Source of the DNA: an uncultured Eubacteriales bacterium
GTDB lineage: Bacteria; Bacillota; Clostridia; Oscillospirales; Acutalibacteraceae
Assembly (NCBI GenBank): GCA_934394855.1
Contig: CAKRRH010000009.1
Span: 1 to 60,898 of the forward strand
DNA length: 60,898 nt
Direction of reading: 5' to 3'
This document shows, in pieces, positions 8,917 through 19,376 of this stretch (within the stretch, counting starts at the first letter, position 1; every line of letters begins with the position of its first letter). Below the pieces are notes generated by a model. That model saw only the letters and a program-made list of their open reading frames with translations, did not search any database and had not been told where the DNA came from. Both the position numbers and the translations under genes were made by a program.

Positions 8917-10998
8917 GTGTTAATTTTGAAACAATATGACGCATCAAAAATTAAAAATATAGCGCTGGTCGGTCACGGCTCATGCGGTAAAACGACGCTT
9001 GCCGAGGCAATGCTATATACTGCGGGCGTCAGCGACCGTTTGGGCAAGGTTGCGGACGGCAACACGATCACCGATTTTGACGCAGAAGAAAAGAAGAGAA
9101 AAGTATCGGTATATTCATCTGTCGCATCTCTTGAGTGGCGTGACAATAAAATCAACATAATCGACGCCCCCGGTCTTTTTGATTTTGCAACCGGAACTGC
9201 CGAGGCAATGAGAGCCGCTGACTGTGCGCTGATCGTGCTTTCCGCAAAATCGGGTCTTAATGTCGGCTCGGAGAAAGCATATAAGGAAGCGACAAAGCTC
9301 GGACTGAAGAAGGTATTTTTCATCACAAAAGCCGATTCACAACACGCAAACGCTTCCGATGTTGTCGCAGGGCTAAAAGCGGCATATGGCAATAAAATCT
9401 GTCCGGTAATCATTCCGTTCGGCGTTGATCACAAGGTTGAATGCTACATAAACATCGTTACCGGAAAGACATGGAAATATGAAAACGGCAAGGCAGTTCA
9501 GATTGACCGTCCCGAAACCGGCGGAAAGTTTGAATCGATGTATAATATGCTTTGTGAAGCGGTTGCAACCACTTCCGATGAATTTATGGATAAGTATTTT
9601 TCGGGTGAACAGTTCACCGAGGAAGAGCTTTTTGAGGGCTTAAAGAAGGGTGTTGCAAGCGGTGACATTGCACCGGTTTACTGCGGTGCGGCTCAGGAAA
9701 ACGAGGGTGTTGATTTGTTGCTCAACGCTCTTGTGAAAATTGTTCCGAGTGCGTCTGAAACCGCCAATGAATATGGCGTAAACGAAACGGGTAAAGCACC
9801 CGAGATTCCATGCGACATTAACGCTCGTTTTGCCGCTACCTGTTTTAAAACGATTGCTGACCCGTTTATCGGCAAGCTGTCATATTTTAAAGTAGTTGCG
9901 GGCAAAATGACTCCGAACATGACAGTAAAAAATGCGAGAACAAACGAAACCGAGCGAATCGGCAAGCTGTCGTTTGTTTGCGGTGCAAAGCAAATTGATA
10001 CCGATTATATCGGCGCCGGCGACATCGGTGCGGTTGCAAAGCTGTCGGGTGTTAAAACGGGCGACACGATTTGCGACCCGACAACGCACATTCAACTGAA
10101 ATCGGTCAATGTTCCGACAGCGTCGATCTCAATGGCGATTTCGCCTAAGAATAAGGGTGATGAGGACAAAATCGCACAGGCAATGACACGAATTGTCGAA
10201 GAAGATCCGAGCATTGAGTTTTATCAGAACAAGGAAACTCATCAGCAAATCATTTCGGGTCTCGGCGAACAGCATTTGGATGTTATCATCTCGAAGCTGA
10301 AGGCAAAATTCGGCGTTGAAGCGGTGCTCGATAAGCCAAAGGTTGCTTACAGGGAAACTATTCGCAAAAAAGTAAAGGTTCAGGGCAGACACAAGAAACA
10401 GTCGGGCGGTCACGGTCAGTTCGGTGATGTATGGATCGAGTTTGAGCCGTGCGATTCGGATACTCTTGTGTTTGAAGAAAAAGTATTCGGTGGCGCTGTT
10501 CCGAAGAACTTCTTCCCGGCAGTTGAGAAGGGCTTGCAGGATTGCGTCAAGCACGGCGTGCTTGCAGGATATCCGGTAGTCGGACTCAAAGCAACGCTTG
10601 TTGACGGTTCATATCACCCCGTTGACTCGTCGGAAATGTCGTTTAAAATGGCTGCGGCAGCAGCATATAAGGCAGGATTGCCGCAGGCAAGCCCAGTACT
10701 TCTTGAGCCTATCGGAACGCTCAAAGCAATCGTTCCCGATGACAACATGGGCGATATTATCGGCGACATCAACAAACGCCGAGGCAGAGTTTTGGGCATG
10801 AATCCGACAGAGGACAGATATCAGGAAATAATCGCCGAAGCGCCGATGGCGGAGATGAGCGATTTTGCAACGGTTCTGCGGTCAATCACACAAGGCAGAG
10901 GAAGCTTTACACTCAGCTTTGAGAGATATGAGGACGCACCGCCACAGGTAGCCGACAAGGTAATTGCCGAAGCTAAGGCAAACGGATTTACCGAATAA
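8917..10998 (+). CDS. EF-G family translational GTPase (EF-G paralogue)
   Basis: G1 GHGSCGKTT, G3 DAPG, G4 TKAD, plus EF-G domains II-V. Exact start uncertain (GTG 8917 or TTG 8926 after AAAGGG). Confidence 0.8.
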   Translation: MLILKQYDASKIKNIALVGHGSCGKTTLAEAMLYTAGVSDRLGKVADGNTITDFDAEEKKRKVSVYSSVASLEWRDNKINIIDAPGLFDFATGTAEAMRAADCALIVLSAKSGLNVGSEKAYKEATKLGLKKVFFITKADSQHANASDVVAGLKAAYGNKICPVIIPFGVDHKVECYINIVTGKTWKYENGKAVQIDRPETGGKFESMYNMLCEAVATTSDEFMDKYFSGEQFTEEELFEGLKKGVASGDIAPVYCGAAQENEGVDLLLNALVKIVPSASETANEYGVNETGKAPEIPCDINARFAATCFKTIADPFIGKLSYFKVVAGKMTPNMTVKNARTNETERIGKLSFVCGAKQIDTDYIGAGDIGAVAKLSGVKTGDTICDPTTHIQLKSVNVPTASISMAISPKNKGDEDKIAQAMTRIVEEDPSIEFYQNKETHQQIISGLGEQHLDVIISKLKAKFGVEAVLDKPKVAYRETIRKKVKVQGRHKKQSGGHGQFGDVWIEFEPCDSDTLVFEEKVFGGAVPKNFFPAVEKGLQDCVKHGVLAGYPVVGLKATLVDGSYHPVDSSEMSFKMAAAAAYKAGLPQASPVLLEPIGTLKAIVPDDNMGDIIGDINKRRGRVLGMNPTEDRYQEIIAEAPMAEMSDFATVLRSITQGRGSFTLSFERYEDAPPQVADKVIAEAKANGFTE

Positions 10999-11009
10999 CA
11001 GAACATATA

Positions 11010-11042
11010 AAAAGCAGATGTCGCTTGACATCTGCTTTTTTT
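11010..11042. terminator. Bidirectional terminator
   Basis: aaaagcagatgtcgcttgacatctgcttttttt. Confidence 0.8.
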
Positions 11043-11044
11043 CG

Positions 11045-11860
11045 TTATTTATCAAGGTGAACATCCATCTGCGGATAAGGAATTTCGATTTTATTTTCAT
11101 CAAAAAGCTGCTTTACACGCTCGGTTATCGAGTAAAACACCACCCAATAATCCGACGACGAACACCACACAAACAGGACAAAATCGAGCGACGAATCATT
11201 ATGCTTTGCAAGATGAACCTCAATTTTCTCTTTATCAATTATGTTATTGTTTTCATTTGCGGCGGCTTTTAACAATGATTTCACCTTGTCAATGTCGCTG
11301 TCATAAGCCACGCTGAAAGTAAAATCAACTCTGCGTTTCGGATTTGCCGAGTAATTTGTGATTGCGGAGTTCGTCAGATTGCCGTTTGGCAATGTGATTT
11401 GCTTATTATCAACCGTCACAATGGTCGTGTAAAATACGGAAATGTCCTTGACAGTACCCGAATTATCGCCGACAGCAATAAAATCGCCGATTTTAAACGG
11501 CTTGAATATTACGATCATGATTCCGCCGGCAAGGTTGCTGAGTGAGCCTTGAAGCGCAAGACCGACAGCCGCACCTGCGGTTGCAAGCACCGTGACGATC
11601 GACGCCGCAGGGAATCCTAAAACGATTGCCGCCGAGAAAATCACGATTATGTTCAGCGCAATTTTGATGAAGCTTAGCAAAAAATGTCCTGCCGAATCAT
11701 TTATTTTGCTAAATCCCTTTGATTTTCGCAAAAACTTCACAAACGATTTTACAAGAAACAGTCCGACAAGCAAAATGAGCAGTGCAAACACGATTTTTAT
11801 GCAAATCGGCGCTAATTCTTCAATCAAATTATCAATGAATTTTGCCACATTCTCCACCAT
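11045..11860 (-). CDS. Mechanosensitive ion channel (MscS family)
   Basis: N-terminal TM helices followed by MscS beta domain (NLAGGIMIVIFKPFKIGDFI). Confidence 0.8.
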   Translation of the reverse strand: MVENVAKFIDNLIEELAPICIKIVFALLILLVGLFLVKSFVKFLRKSKGFSKINDSAGHFLLSFIKIALNIIVIFSAAIVLGFPAASIVTVLATAGAAVGLALQGSLSNLAGGIMIVIFKPFKIGDFIAVGDNSGTVKDISVFYTTIVTVDNKQITLPNGNLTNSAITNYSANPKRRVDFTFSVAYDSDIDKVKSLLKAAANENNNIIDKEKIEVHLAKHNDSSLDFVLFVWCSSSDYWVVFYSITERVKQLFDENKIEIPYPQMDVHLDK

Positions 11861-11949
11861 TCTCTCACCTTATTTCTTTAAATTATACTATCATTTTATA
11901 ATTTATGCAAGAGAAAACGGGCGAAGAACCTTTGGTTGCAATAATAAAA

Positions 11950-11985
11950 AAGCGAGAGCAAATGGCTCAGCCCATGCTCTCGGCT
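11950..11985 (-). terminator. Terminator of flotillin operon
   Basis: On minus strand gccgagagcatgggctgagccatttgctctcgc followed by TTTTTT. Confidence 0.55.
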
Positions 11986-12326
11986 ATTTTCATATTTTTT
12001 ATTCCCCCACACGGCGGTCGGTTATTAAAAACTTCCGCCGCACCACCCATATGAATTGATTTTCGGTGCATTTTACCTGAGCGCACAGTCAATTTATGAA
12101 TATTCAAAATTCCCCTATTATTTTTAACTGTCCGCTCAAAATGTCACCGCTCATTTCGGCATTCTTTTTTCACATTAAATTTAGAGTTCACTATCATTTT
12201 TTCAATATCTTTTTCAAAATTCCCGACAACGAAGAAATGCAGAAACAATCATCATTCATTCCCCTGTTTTGCGGCACAAGCGACTATGTTTATAACCGCT
12301 CATGCCGCGCATCTTTAAGCCATGAT

Positions 12327-13769
12327 TTATTCTTCGTCTGCTTCAACTTCGTCGTTTTTTGTCTCAGCCTGCTCTGCAATCACCTGATCGACCGCTTTTT
12401 TGGTTGACTCGTCAATATCCTTAATCAAGAATTCTGGCATTTTCACACCCGCCATTTTGAACGCTTCATTAAGCGGCGGCAATGATTTCATCATGCCTGA
12501 CAAAAAGTTTGCGGTTGTCGGAGTATTGTTTTCGCCGTTCATTGAGTCCCAAACGGTGATCTTGTCGATTTGCAGGTTCTTGATTGCCTCGACCTGAATC
12601 TTCACAAGATCCTCAATCTTATCGACCATCATAAGCTGGATTGCCGAATCAGCCGAACCGCCTGCGGCGTCAATTATCTTCTTGAAGCCTTCAGCCTGCT
12701 TTGCAAGCATTTCCTGCATACCTCTTGCCTGTGCTTCCATTGTCGCATAAATCGCGTCGGCTTCACCTTTTGCTTTTCTGCGGCGCTGTTCAGCCTCGGC
12801 CTCAGCCTCCAACTCTCTGCGCTCTTTTTCAACCTTAGCCGCTGTGATAATATCAGCCTGTTTGGTTGCAAGCTCACGAGCCGCTCTGGCTTTTTCTGCC
12901 TCCTGCTCTGCAACATATGCGTCTTCAAGCGCTTTCGCCTCGGCAATTTTTTCCGCCGTTACCGCTCTGCGCTGTGCTTCAGCCTCTTTTTCACGGCGAA
13001 CCGCATCTGACATTGCAACTGCCGCTTTGGATTCGTTTTCACCTGCGATCGCGGTAGCGTTTGATGATGCAACGCTGATTCGCTGATCCTTCACCGCCAT
13101 TGCTTCACCGATTGAACCGTCACGGTTTTTCTCGGCAACGGTGCGTTTTGCGTCATTGATTGCCTTTGCCGCCGCTTCTTTACCGAGCGCCTCGATGTAT
13201 CCCGATTCATCTGTAATATCGGTGACGTTTACGTTGATGAGTCTGAGACCGATTTTTTTAAGCTCGGTTTCAACATTATGAGATACCGCCTCAAGGAATT
13301 TATCTCTGTCGGTGTTGATTTCCTCAATGTCCATTGTGGCGATTACCAAACGAAGCTGACCGAAGATAATATCTTTCGCAAGCTCCTGAATTTCGGCAAG
13401 CTTGAGTCCGAGCAAACGCTCCGCCGCATTTTGCATGACGCCGGGCTCGGTTGAAATTCCGACCGTGAATCTTGAGGGAACATCAACACGAATGTTCTGG
13501 TGCGAAAGTGCGTTTGTCAAATCGACATTTATCGACATCGGAGTCAAGTCAAGATATTGATATGACTGGAATATCGGGAGCACAAGCGCCGCACCGCCAT
13601 GAATGCATTTTGCGCTTCTGGTTGTGCCGTCTTTGTTTGTGCCGACTTTACCGTAGATGACCAAAACCTTGTCGGACGGGCATCTGCGATAGCGTGTGAG
13701 TGCAACGAGCAGCATTGAAAACAGCACTACTGCGATGACTACGATCAAGATGATTACATTAGGTGACAT
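12327..13769 (-). CDS. Flotillin / SPFH (band 7) domain protein (FloT/YqiK-like)
   Basis: N-terminal TM, SPFH domain, long Ala/Glu-rich coiled coil (EAEAQRRAVTAEKIAEAKALEDA...); AGGAGG RBS. Confidence 0.85.
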   Translation of the reverse strand: MSPNVIILIVVIAVVLFSMLLVALTRYRRCPSDKVLVIYGKVGTNKDGTTRSAKCIHGGAALVLPIFQSYQYLDLTPMSINVDLTNALSHQNIRVDVPSRFTVGISTEPGVMQNAAERLLGLKLAEIQELAKDIIFGQLRLVIATMDIEEINTDRDKFLEAVSHNVETELKKIGLRLINVNVTDITDESGYIEALGKEAAAKAINDAKRTVAEKNRDGSIGEAMAVKDQRISVASSNATAIAGENESKAAVAMSDAVRREKEAEAQRRAVTAEKIAEAKALEDAYVAEQEAEKARAARELATKQADIITAAKVEKERRELEAEAEAEQRRRKAKGEADAIYATMEAQARGMQEMLAKQAEGFKKIIDAAGGSADSAIQLMMVDKIEDLVKIQVEAIKNLQIDKITVWDSMNGENNTPTTANFLSGMMKSLPPLNEAFKMAGVKMPEFLIKDIDESTKKAVDQVIAEQAETKNDEVEADEE

Positions 13770-13805
13770 ATTTTTTTCCTCCTAAAATTTATATATAAAA
13801 TGTAC

Positions 13806-14489
13806 TTACTCGACCGGACGAACGACCAAAATATTATCAGCCGTGACCGAAACGACCTGTACCATTTTTCCCGTTTGAATGTCGTTTTCGCTGTCTGTTA
13901 CAGCGTCAAGCTCCTGGAGCGAGCCTTGAACATTAAGCGTGATTTTTCCTGTCGAACTGCGTTTTGGCGGTATTCTGATATATACCCTTCCTGTTTTTGC
14001 AACGGCATTTTTTGCGTCATAGTTTCCGCTTTCCTGCATATCATAGAGCAGCTTCAGCACGAAACCGACAAACAACAGCGCAAGTGTTCCGCCAATGAAG
14101 GCAATGATTGAAGATAATGCAACGCTCAGTCCCGTGTCGATCAGCGCAATTCCGAGCCAACCGCCGACTGCGAAGAATGCAACAAAGCCTCTTATCGAGA
14201 TGAGCCGAACGCCTGCTCCCTGGTGTGCACCGTCATGCTCCGCATGACCGAAATCATGGTCATGATCATAGTCGTGGTCGAAATCATGATCTAAGTCATG
14301 GTCGAAATCGTGGTCAAAGTCGTGAGAAAAATCATGATCAACCTCTCCGTGATCGGTATCATGACCTCCGAAGCCGAAAATCAACAGCACGGTTTGAATT
14401 ATCAAAATTACCGTTGCCGGAACGGCGAAGCAGGCAAACACCTGCTGAAGCAACGACAGCGTCGCCCACCAATCTGTAAACCAAGTCAT
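13806..14489 (-). CDS. NfeD-family membrane protein (flotillin partner) with His-Asp repeat tract
   Basis: TM segments plus C-terminal OB-fold-like region; genetic pairing with flotillin is typical for NfeD; AGGAGA RBS. Confidence 0.65.
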   Translation of the reverse strand: MTWFTDWWATLSLLQQVFACFAVPATVILIIQTVLLIFGFGGHDTDHGEVDHDFSHDFDHDFDHDLDHDFDHDYDHDHDFGHAEHDGAHQGAGVRLISIRGFVAFFAVGGWLGIALIDTGLSVALSSIIAFIGGTLALLFVGFVLKLLYDMQESGNYDAKNAVAKTGRVYIRIPPKRSSTGKITLNVQGSLQELDAVTDSENDIQTGKMVQVVSVTADNILVVRPVE

Positions 14490-14553
14490 ATATCTATTTC
14501 TCCTTTACGAAAAATTATGATTCTGAAATTCATTAAAATCGAGCCAAATCCGT

Positions 14554-15117
14554 CTATCCCATAAGCTCGTTGTAGAGCATATCAGCCTGCGCTTTGAGCT
14601 GACCCGAAGCATATGCCATTACCATGAGCGTCAGTCCTTTGCAAAGCTTGTGCTTTGAATCGTCAAACGGACCTTTATAATCCTTGATTATCTCAAGCAC
14701 CCGTTTTTGCACCGTGGTATATGATATGCCTTTTGCGATGTCTATATCGCCGATTATTACACATAAATAATCATATAAGACCGCTTCTCTGATGATGTCG
14801 TCCGATTCGTCATCAACCAGTCCGTTCAGATATTTAAGCAGCGCCTTGATTCGGTCAAGCTGCATACAATCTCTGAGCGCATTTATCAAAAGGATTCTTG
14901 CAAGCTGTCTTTCAAAATATTTTTTATCAATCGGCTTTGCAACCAGCCCTCGTTTGACCCAGTTCTGAATCGTGCTGCCCTCAAGTCCGGTAATTGTGCA
15001 TACCTGTGAGAGTGATAAGCCGCCCGTTGCGGCAAGCATTGGCTCAAACAGCTCAAACGCACCGCCCGACAGTGACGAATAGGGCATTGTTGTTCCAGGC
15101 ACATACTTAATTTGCAT
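14554..15117 (-). CDS. HTH-containing hypothetical protein (DUF1836-like)
   Basis: MerR-like HTH LSLSQVCTITGLEGSTIQNWVKRGLV; family assignment from memory. Confidence 0.4.
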   Translation of the reverse strand: MQIKYVPGTTMPYSSLSGGAFELFEPMLAATGGLSLSQVCTITGLEGSTIQNWVKRGLVAKPIDKKYFERQLARILLINALRDCMQLDRIKALLKYLNGLVDDESDDIIREAVLYDYLCVIIGDIDIAKGISYTTVQKRVLEIIKDYKGPFDDSKHKLCKGLTLMVMAYASGQLKAQADMLYNELMG

Positions 15118-15360
15118 TATGTTCTACCACCTTTCCGAAGATTATATTTTCATCAACATTCTTTTTAAAATCAGTTCATATATTCTTTTCTTATGTTGAT
15201 TTGATTATATCACATGGTCGTATGAACTTCAACATCCGAAAATATATCTTCACAAATTAAATATCGGTCAGCATGAATCTAAAATCCATACTAACCGATA
15301 TTTTTCTCTTATTTTCTGATTTTTTCGCCATATTTCATGCATTTATCTCGCAAATGAGCG

Positions 15361-15843
15361 TTATTTATGATATTTTGTGCCTTTGTTGATCATGAACGCA
15401 CGGTAAATTTGTTCACACAAAAGTACCCTTGCAAGCTGATGGGGAAAGGTCATCGGAGACATTGACAAGCGCAAATCCGCCACGGCTTTAACTTCATCGG
15501 ACAGACCGAACGAACCGCCGATAATAAAGCATATCGACGAAGCGCCGTGAGCGGCATAATCGGAGATTTTTTCCGCCAGCTTTTCGGACGACAGCATTTT
15601 GCCCTCAATGCACATTGCAACGACCCTTGATCCGTGCGGAATTTTTGCGATTATGCTCTTGCCCTCTTTGATCAATGCATTATCGATTTCCGATTTTGAC
15701 GGCGAATCGGGCAAGCGGCATTCGGACAGCTCGACAATGTTAAATCCGCAAAGTCCGCCAAGACGCTTTGAATATTCGGCGACCGCCTCTTTAAGATATT
15801 TTTCTTTGAGCGAGCCGATACAAATAATCGTAACCTTAATCAT
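15361..15843 (-). CDS. rlmH: 23S rRNA (pseudouridine1915-N3)-methyltransferase RlmH
   Basis: 160-aa SPOUT fold, MIKVTIICIGSLKEKYLKEA... Confidence 0.85.
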   Translation of the reverse strand: MIKVTIICIGSLKEKYLKEAVAEYSKRLGGLCGFNIVELSECRLPDSPSKSEIDNALIKEGKSIIAKIPHGSRVVAMCIEGKMLSSEKLAEKISDYAAHGASSICFIIGGSFGLSDEVKAVADLRLSMSPMTFPHQLARVLLCEQIYRAFMINKGTKYHK

Positions 15844-16628
15844 AACACAATCATTCTGTTGCCAAACGGCGCCGCAACCGCAAGGCGATAGTCTACCTCG
15901 TCGTTTGCACCGCTAAGTTCGAGCCGTTCCTTTGTTGTTTCTCTTGCAAGCGTCGGCATATTGTTTTCTCTTGAGAGATGCGCCAGCATAAACCTTGTCG
16001 TGCCGCTCTTTAACAATTTGACCGCCTCTTCCGCACAGGCATTATTTGACAAATGACCCACATCGCTCATTATTCTGCGTTTGAGCGGATAAGGGTAATA
16101 TGAATTATTTTGAAGCAGCTTTAAGTCATGGTTTGATTCAAGCATTACCATGTCACAGCCGGAAATTGCGGTGTGAACCTCGTCGCTGACATAGCCTAAA
16201 TCGGTACATACCGCCAATTTGCGGTCGGCAAGCTCAATGACATAGCCGCACGAGCCCTCGCAGTCGTGAGATGTATTAAAATGACTGACCTTTGCAAAAT
16301 CAAGCAAAACATCGCCCTCGTCAAGCAAATTATATTGCACATTTTCCGAAAAAGCGTTCGCATTTTTAATGCCGTCAAGCGTGCCTGCGGTTAAATATAC
16401 CGGAATATTGTTTTTTGCCGCAAACACTTTGATTCCGCTGATGTGGTCGGTATGCGCATGAGTTACGAAAATCGCCTTAATTGTGTCAGGGTCAATGTCA
16501 TGTTCCGCAAGCGCCTTTGTCGTTCTTGCCGCACTCACTCCGACATCTATCAAAATTCCGCCGTCGGGCGTGCCGATATATGTGCAGTTGCCCGAACTGC
16601 CGGAAAATAATGAACAAAATTTTGCCAA
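15840..16628 (-). CDS. MBL-fold metallo-hydrolase (YycJ/WalJ-like)
   Basis: HAHTDH motif, FSGSSGN N-terminus typical of YycJ; 4-nt overlap with rlmH. Confidence 0.8.
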   Translation of the reverse strand: MAKFCSLFSGSSGNCTYIGTPDGGILIDVGVSAARTTKALAEHDIDPDTIKAIFVTHAHTDHISGIKVFAAKNNIPVYLTAGTLDGIKNANAFSENVQYNLLDEGDVLLDFAKVSHFNTSHDCEGSCGYVIELADRKLAVCTDLGYVSDEVHTAISGCDMVMLESNHDLKLLQNNSYYPYPLKRRIMSDVGHLSNNACAEEAVKLLKSGTTRFMLAHLSRENNMPTLARETTKERLELSGANDEVDYRLAVAAPFGNRMIVL

Positions 16629-16911
16629 GACAAAAATCTCCTTTTTTAAACATCTCGATTACAAAACACAAATGCAAGTATAGCACAGTTTAATTGATTT
16701 TGCTATATTTTTTTGCAATAATTCATATTTTTGAAATATCTTTTTAACTCTACTATCCGTTTATTGAAACTTAGCAAAAGATTATATATACTATATTAGG
16801 GTGATGAATTTATGGATCTACAAAAAACAGGTTCGCTGATAAGAGGACTTCGGCTTTGAATAAATCATCTCTTTTCAGGGCAAAATAAAGCTATCCCAAA
16901 GGATAAAGGAG

Positions 16912-17091
16912 ATGAAGAAAATGAGCTGCAACTGCACACCGAACCACAGCATTGAATGTACTGTATCTAACTGCAAGCATCACTGCACAGATGAACAGTA
17001 CTGCGCACTTTCAAAGATTCAGGTCGGAACACATGAGGCAAACCCGACAAAAGAGGAATGCACCGACTGCATGTCTTTTGAAATGAAATAA
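16912..17091 (+). CDS. DUF1540 family small Cys-rich protein (absent from ORF track)
   Basis: MKKMSCNCTPNHSIECTVSNCKHHCTDEQYCALSKIQVGTHEANPTKEECTDCMSFEMK; AAAGGAG RBS; terminator follows. Confidence 0.6.
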   Translation: MKKMSCNCTPNHSIECTVSNCKHHCTDEQYCALSKIQVGTHEANPTKEECTDCMSFEMK

Positions 17092-17108
17092 CACAATGCA
17101 CCTATAAA

Positions 17109-17150
17109 AATACGAGAGTCGAATGAACTAAAAATTCGACCCTCGTATTT
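17109..17150. terminator. Bidirectional terminator
   Basis: aaatacgagagtcgaatgaactaaaaattcgaccctcgtattt. Confidence 0.7.
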
Positions 17151-17159
17151 ATTTTTTCA

Positions 17160-18362
17160 TTAAATTACGCAGATAACATCATTCAGAGTATCAACGACAT
17201 ATTTTGCGTCGTCAAGGCTCATTTTTGAATTGAGTGGCAATGTGATTTCATTTTCAAACTGTGCTTTCGCATTAGGATAATTTTTGATGTCAAAGCCGAG
17301 ATTTTTATATGCCGTGAGCATCGGCAGAGGTTTATAATGAACATTGCACGCAACGCCGTTTTCTGCCATTTTTTCAATCAGCCTGTTTCGTTTATCGGGT
17401 GAAAAGCCGTCCACCCTTAGCTGATAAAGATGATAGGACGACTCAAAATCTTCGGTGCAAAGCGTGGGTTTGATGAATATATCCTTTTTGAGTCCACTGT
17501 CATATATCGCAACAATGTCTTTTCTTTTTTTCTCAATCTCGGAATAGCGCTTTAACTGCGCAAGTCCGATCGCCGCCATGATGTCGGTCATGTTGCATTT
17601 ATAAAGCGGCGCCGTGATGTCATATTCCCAAGCGCCTGCCTTAGTTTTTGCAAGTGCGTCCTTGTTTTGTCCATGAAGCGACAAAAGCATATATTGCTTG
17701 TAGAGCGCTTCATCGTCAATGAACGGCTGTGCCTTCCAACAAGCCGCTCCGCCCTCTGCTGTTGTGAGATTTTTGACCGCATGAAATGAAAAACAGGTAA
17801 AATCCGCAACATTGCCCGAATTTTTGCCGTGATAGCGAGCGCCTATCGAATGAGCGCCGTCGGCAATCACAATTACTCTGCCAAAGCCTTTTTGAATATC
17901 GTTTTTCGGGCAAAACAGCGATTTTTTCTCATCTGCTACTTCAAAAATCCTGTCATAATCGCACATCACGCCGCCGACATCAACTGCAATGATTGCTTTT
18001 GTTTTCTCGGTAATCAGTTCGCCGAGCTTGTCCATATCCATGAAAAAACTGCCCTTTGCGGTGTCGCAAAGCTTGATCGTCGCACCGACATGATAGATTG
18101 CAGACGCACTTGCGGTGTAGGTATATGCAGAGGTAATTACCTCGTCGCCCTCACCTATTCCAAGCGCACGAAGAGTACATTCGAGTGCCGCTGTCGCAGA
18201 ATTAAGGCAGGCAGTTTTCGCCGCACCGGTATATTCGCTAAGTTCTCTCTCAAACTCCTTGGTTTTCGGTCCGGTCGTGATCCAGCCCGACTTTAACACC
18301 TCAACTACTGAATTTATCTCATCTTCGCCGATGTCAGGCGGTGAAAACGGTATTGTTCTCAT
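17160..18362 (-). CDS. DegT/DnrJ/EryC1/StrS family PLP-dependent aminotransferase
   Basis: MRTIPFSPPDIGEDEINSVVEVLKSGWITTGP... characteristic N-terminus. Confidence 0.85.
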   Translation of the reverse strand: MRTIPFSPPDIGEDEINSVVEVLKSGWITTGPKTKEFERELSEYTGAAKTACLNSATAALECTLRALGIGEGDEVITSAYTYTASASAIYHVGATIKLCDTAKGSFFMDMDKLGELITEKTKAIIAVDVGGVMCDYDRIFEVADEKKSLFCPKNDIQKGFGRVIVIADGAHSIGARYHGKNSGNVADFTCFSFHAVKNLTTAEGGAACWKAQPFIDDEALYKQYMLLSLHGQNKDALAKTKAGAWEYDITAPLYKCNMTDIMAAIGLAQLKRYSEIEKKRKDIVAIYDSGLKKDIFIKPTLCTEDFESSYHLYQLRVDGFSPDKRNRLIEKMAENGVACNVHYKPLPMLTAYKNLGFDIKNYPNAKAQFENEITLPLNSKMSLDDAKYVVDTLNDVICVI

Positions 18363-18508
18363 ATATAAAACATCCCTTTATCGCTTGAAATTAACTTTAT
18401 TATAATCCTTTTTTCAAAAAATTGCAACATGAGTCAAATTTAGCCCTTGTGATTTGGTTTTAAGTTGATTATAATTATATTGTAATTTCAATTTATCGGA
18501 GGCAAAAA

Positions 18509-19255
18509 ATGAGCTATACCAAAGATCAGCTTGAATATCCCTATGATTTGCATATTGAAACCTTTGATTCGACAATCAACTCAAATATGCGGCTTGAAAA
18601 TATACTTAAATATCAGCAACAGGCGGGCGAGGACCAGCTTGAAGTATTCAATCTCGGCTACAATGAGCTTTGCCGCCGAGGCTATGCATTTGTTGTTACC
18701 AATGCAAAAGTCATCATCAACAGAATGCCGAAATATCTTGACGAGATTACGCTTGTCACCTGGAACAGAGGCATTAAAGGTGCAAAATATTTCCGTTCAT
18801 ATAACTGGTATGACAAAAACGGCGAACTGCTTGTTGAAAGCTCCACGATATTTGTCATTGTAGATGTAAAGGAACATAAGCTCAGAAAGCCGGACTGCAT
18901 TACGGTTGGGATTCCATATGATTTTGACAGGCAAAATGCGGCGGAGAACCCGAAAAAGGTATTTTTGCCCGACGAAGACATTTTTAAAAAGGTCGGCGAA
19001 AAGCGGATCGTATTCAGCGAGCTTGACGGCAACGGTCATCTTAACAATGCGTTTTATTCAAACTTCCTGACCGATTTCACACCAAACATCGAGCACAAAC
19101 AAATCACCGAATTTTCAATTGATTTCATCAGCGAAGCACGGCTCAACGACATTGTAAATGTATATTCCGCAACAAAGGACGGCGTAACATATTTTTACGG
19201 TGAACACGAGCGCGGAAGATGTTTCCGTGCAAGTTGCATATATATTGATATATAA
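18509..19255 (+). CDS. Acyl-ACP thioesterase
   Basis: Double hotdog; FatA/B-like motifs NGHLNNAFY. Confidence 0.8.
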   Translation: MSYTKDQLEYPYDLHIETFDSTINSNMRLENILKYQQQAGEDQLEVFNLGYNELCRRGYAFVVTNAKVIINRMPKYLDEITLVTWNRGIKGAKYFRSYNWYDKNGELLVESSTIFVIVDVKEHKLRKPDCITVGIPYDFDRQNAAENPKKVFLPDEDIFKKVGEKRIVFSELDGNGHLNNAFYSNFLTDFTPNIEHKQITEFSIDFISEARLNDIVNVYSATKDGVTYFYGEHERGRCFRASCIYIDI

Positions 19256-19376
19256 ATTTGTATTTATTGCTAAAATTGAAATAAAATCACCCGTCAGCAA
19301 AACAAATGTTTGCTTTTTGTGAGTGTATGTGGTATAATTCTATTTAAGAGAAGCAAAATTGAAAGGACGAGCAACT

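Noticed and set aside
11592-12407. ORF-track entries 11592-12059(+) and 12096-12407(+) in the MscS/flotillin intergenic area
   Set aside because: They overlap real genes on the opposite strand or are low-complexity (F/I-rich) read-through of AT-rich spacer. No RBS and no recognisable family. The region instead holds the minus-strand flotillin terminator.
16812-16859. 15-codon uORF MDLQKTGSLIRGLRL with AGGGTGA RBS upstream of the DUF1540 gene
   Set aside because: Too short to support by sequence alone; could be a leader peptide but there is no conservation evidence.
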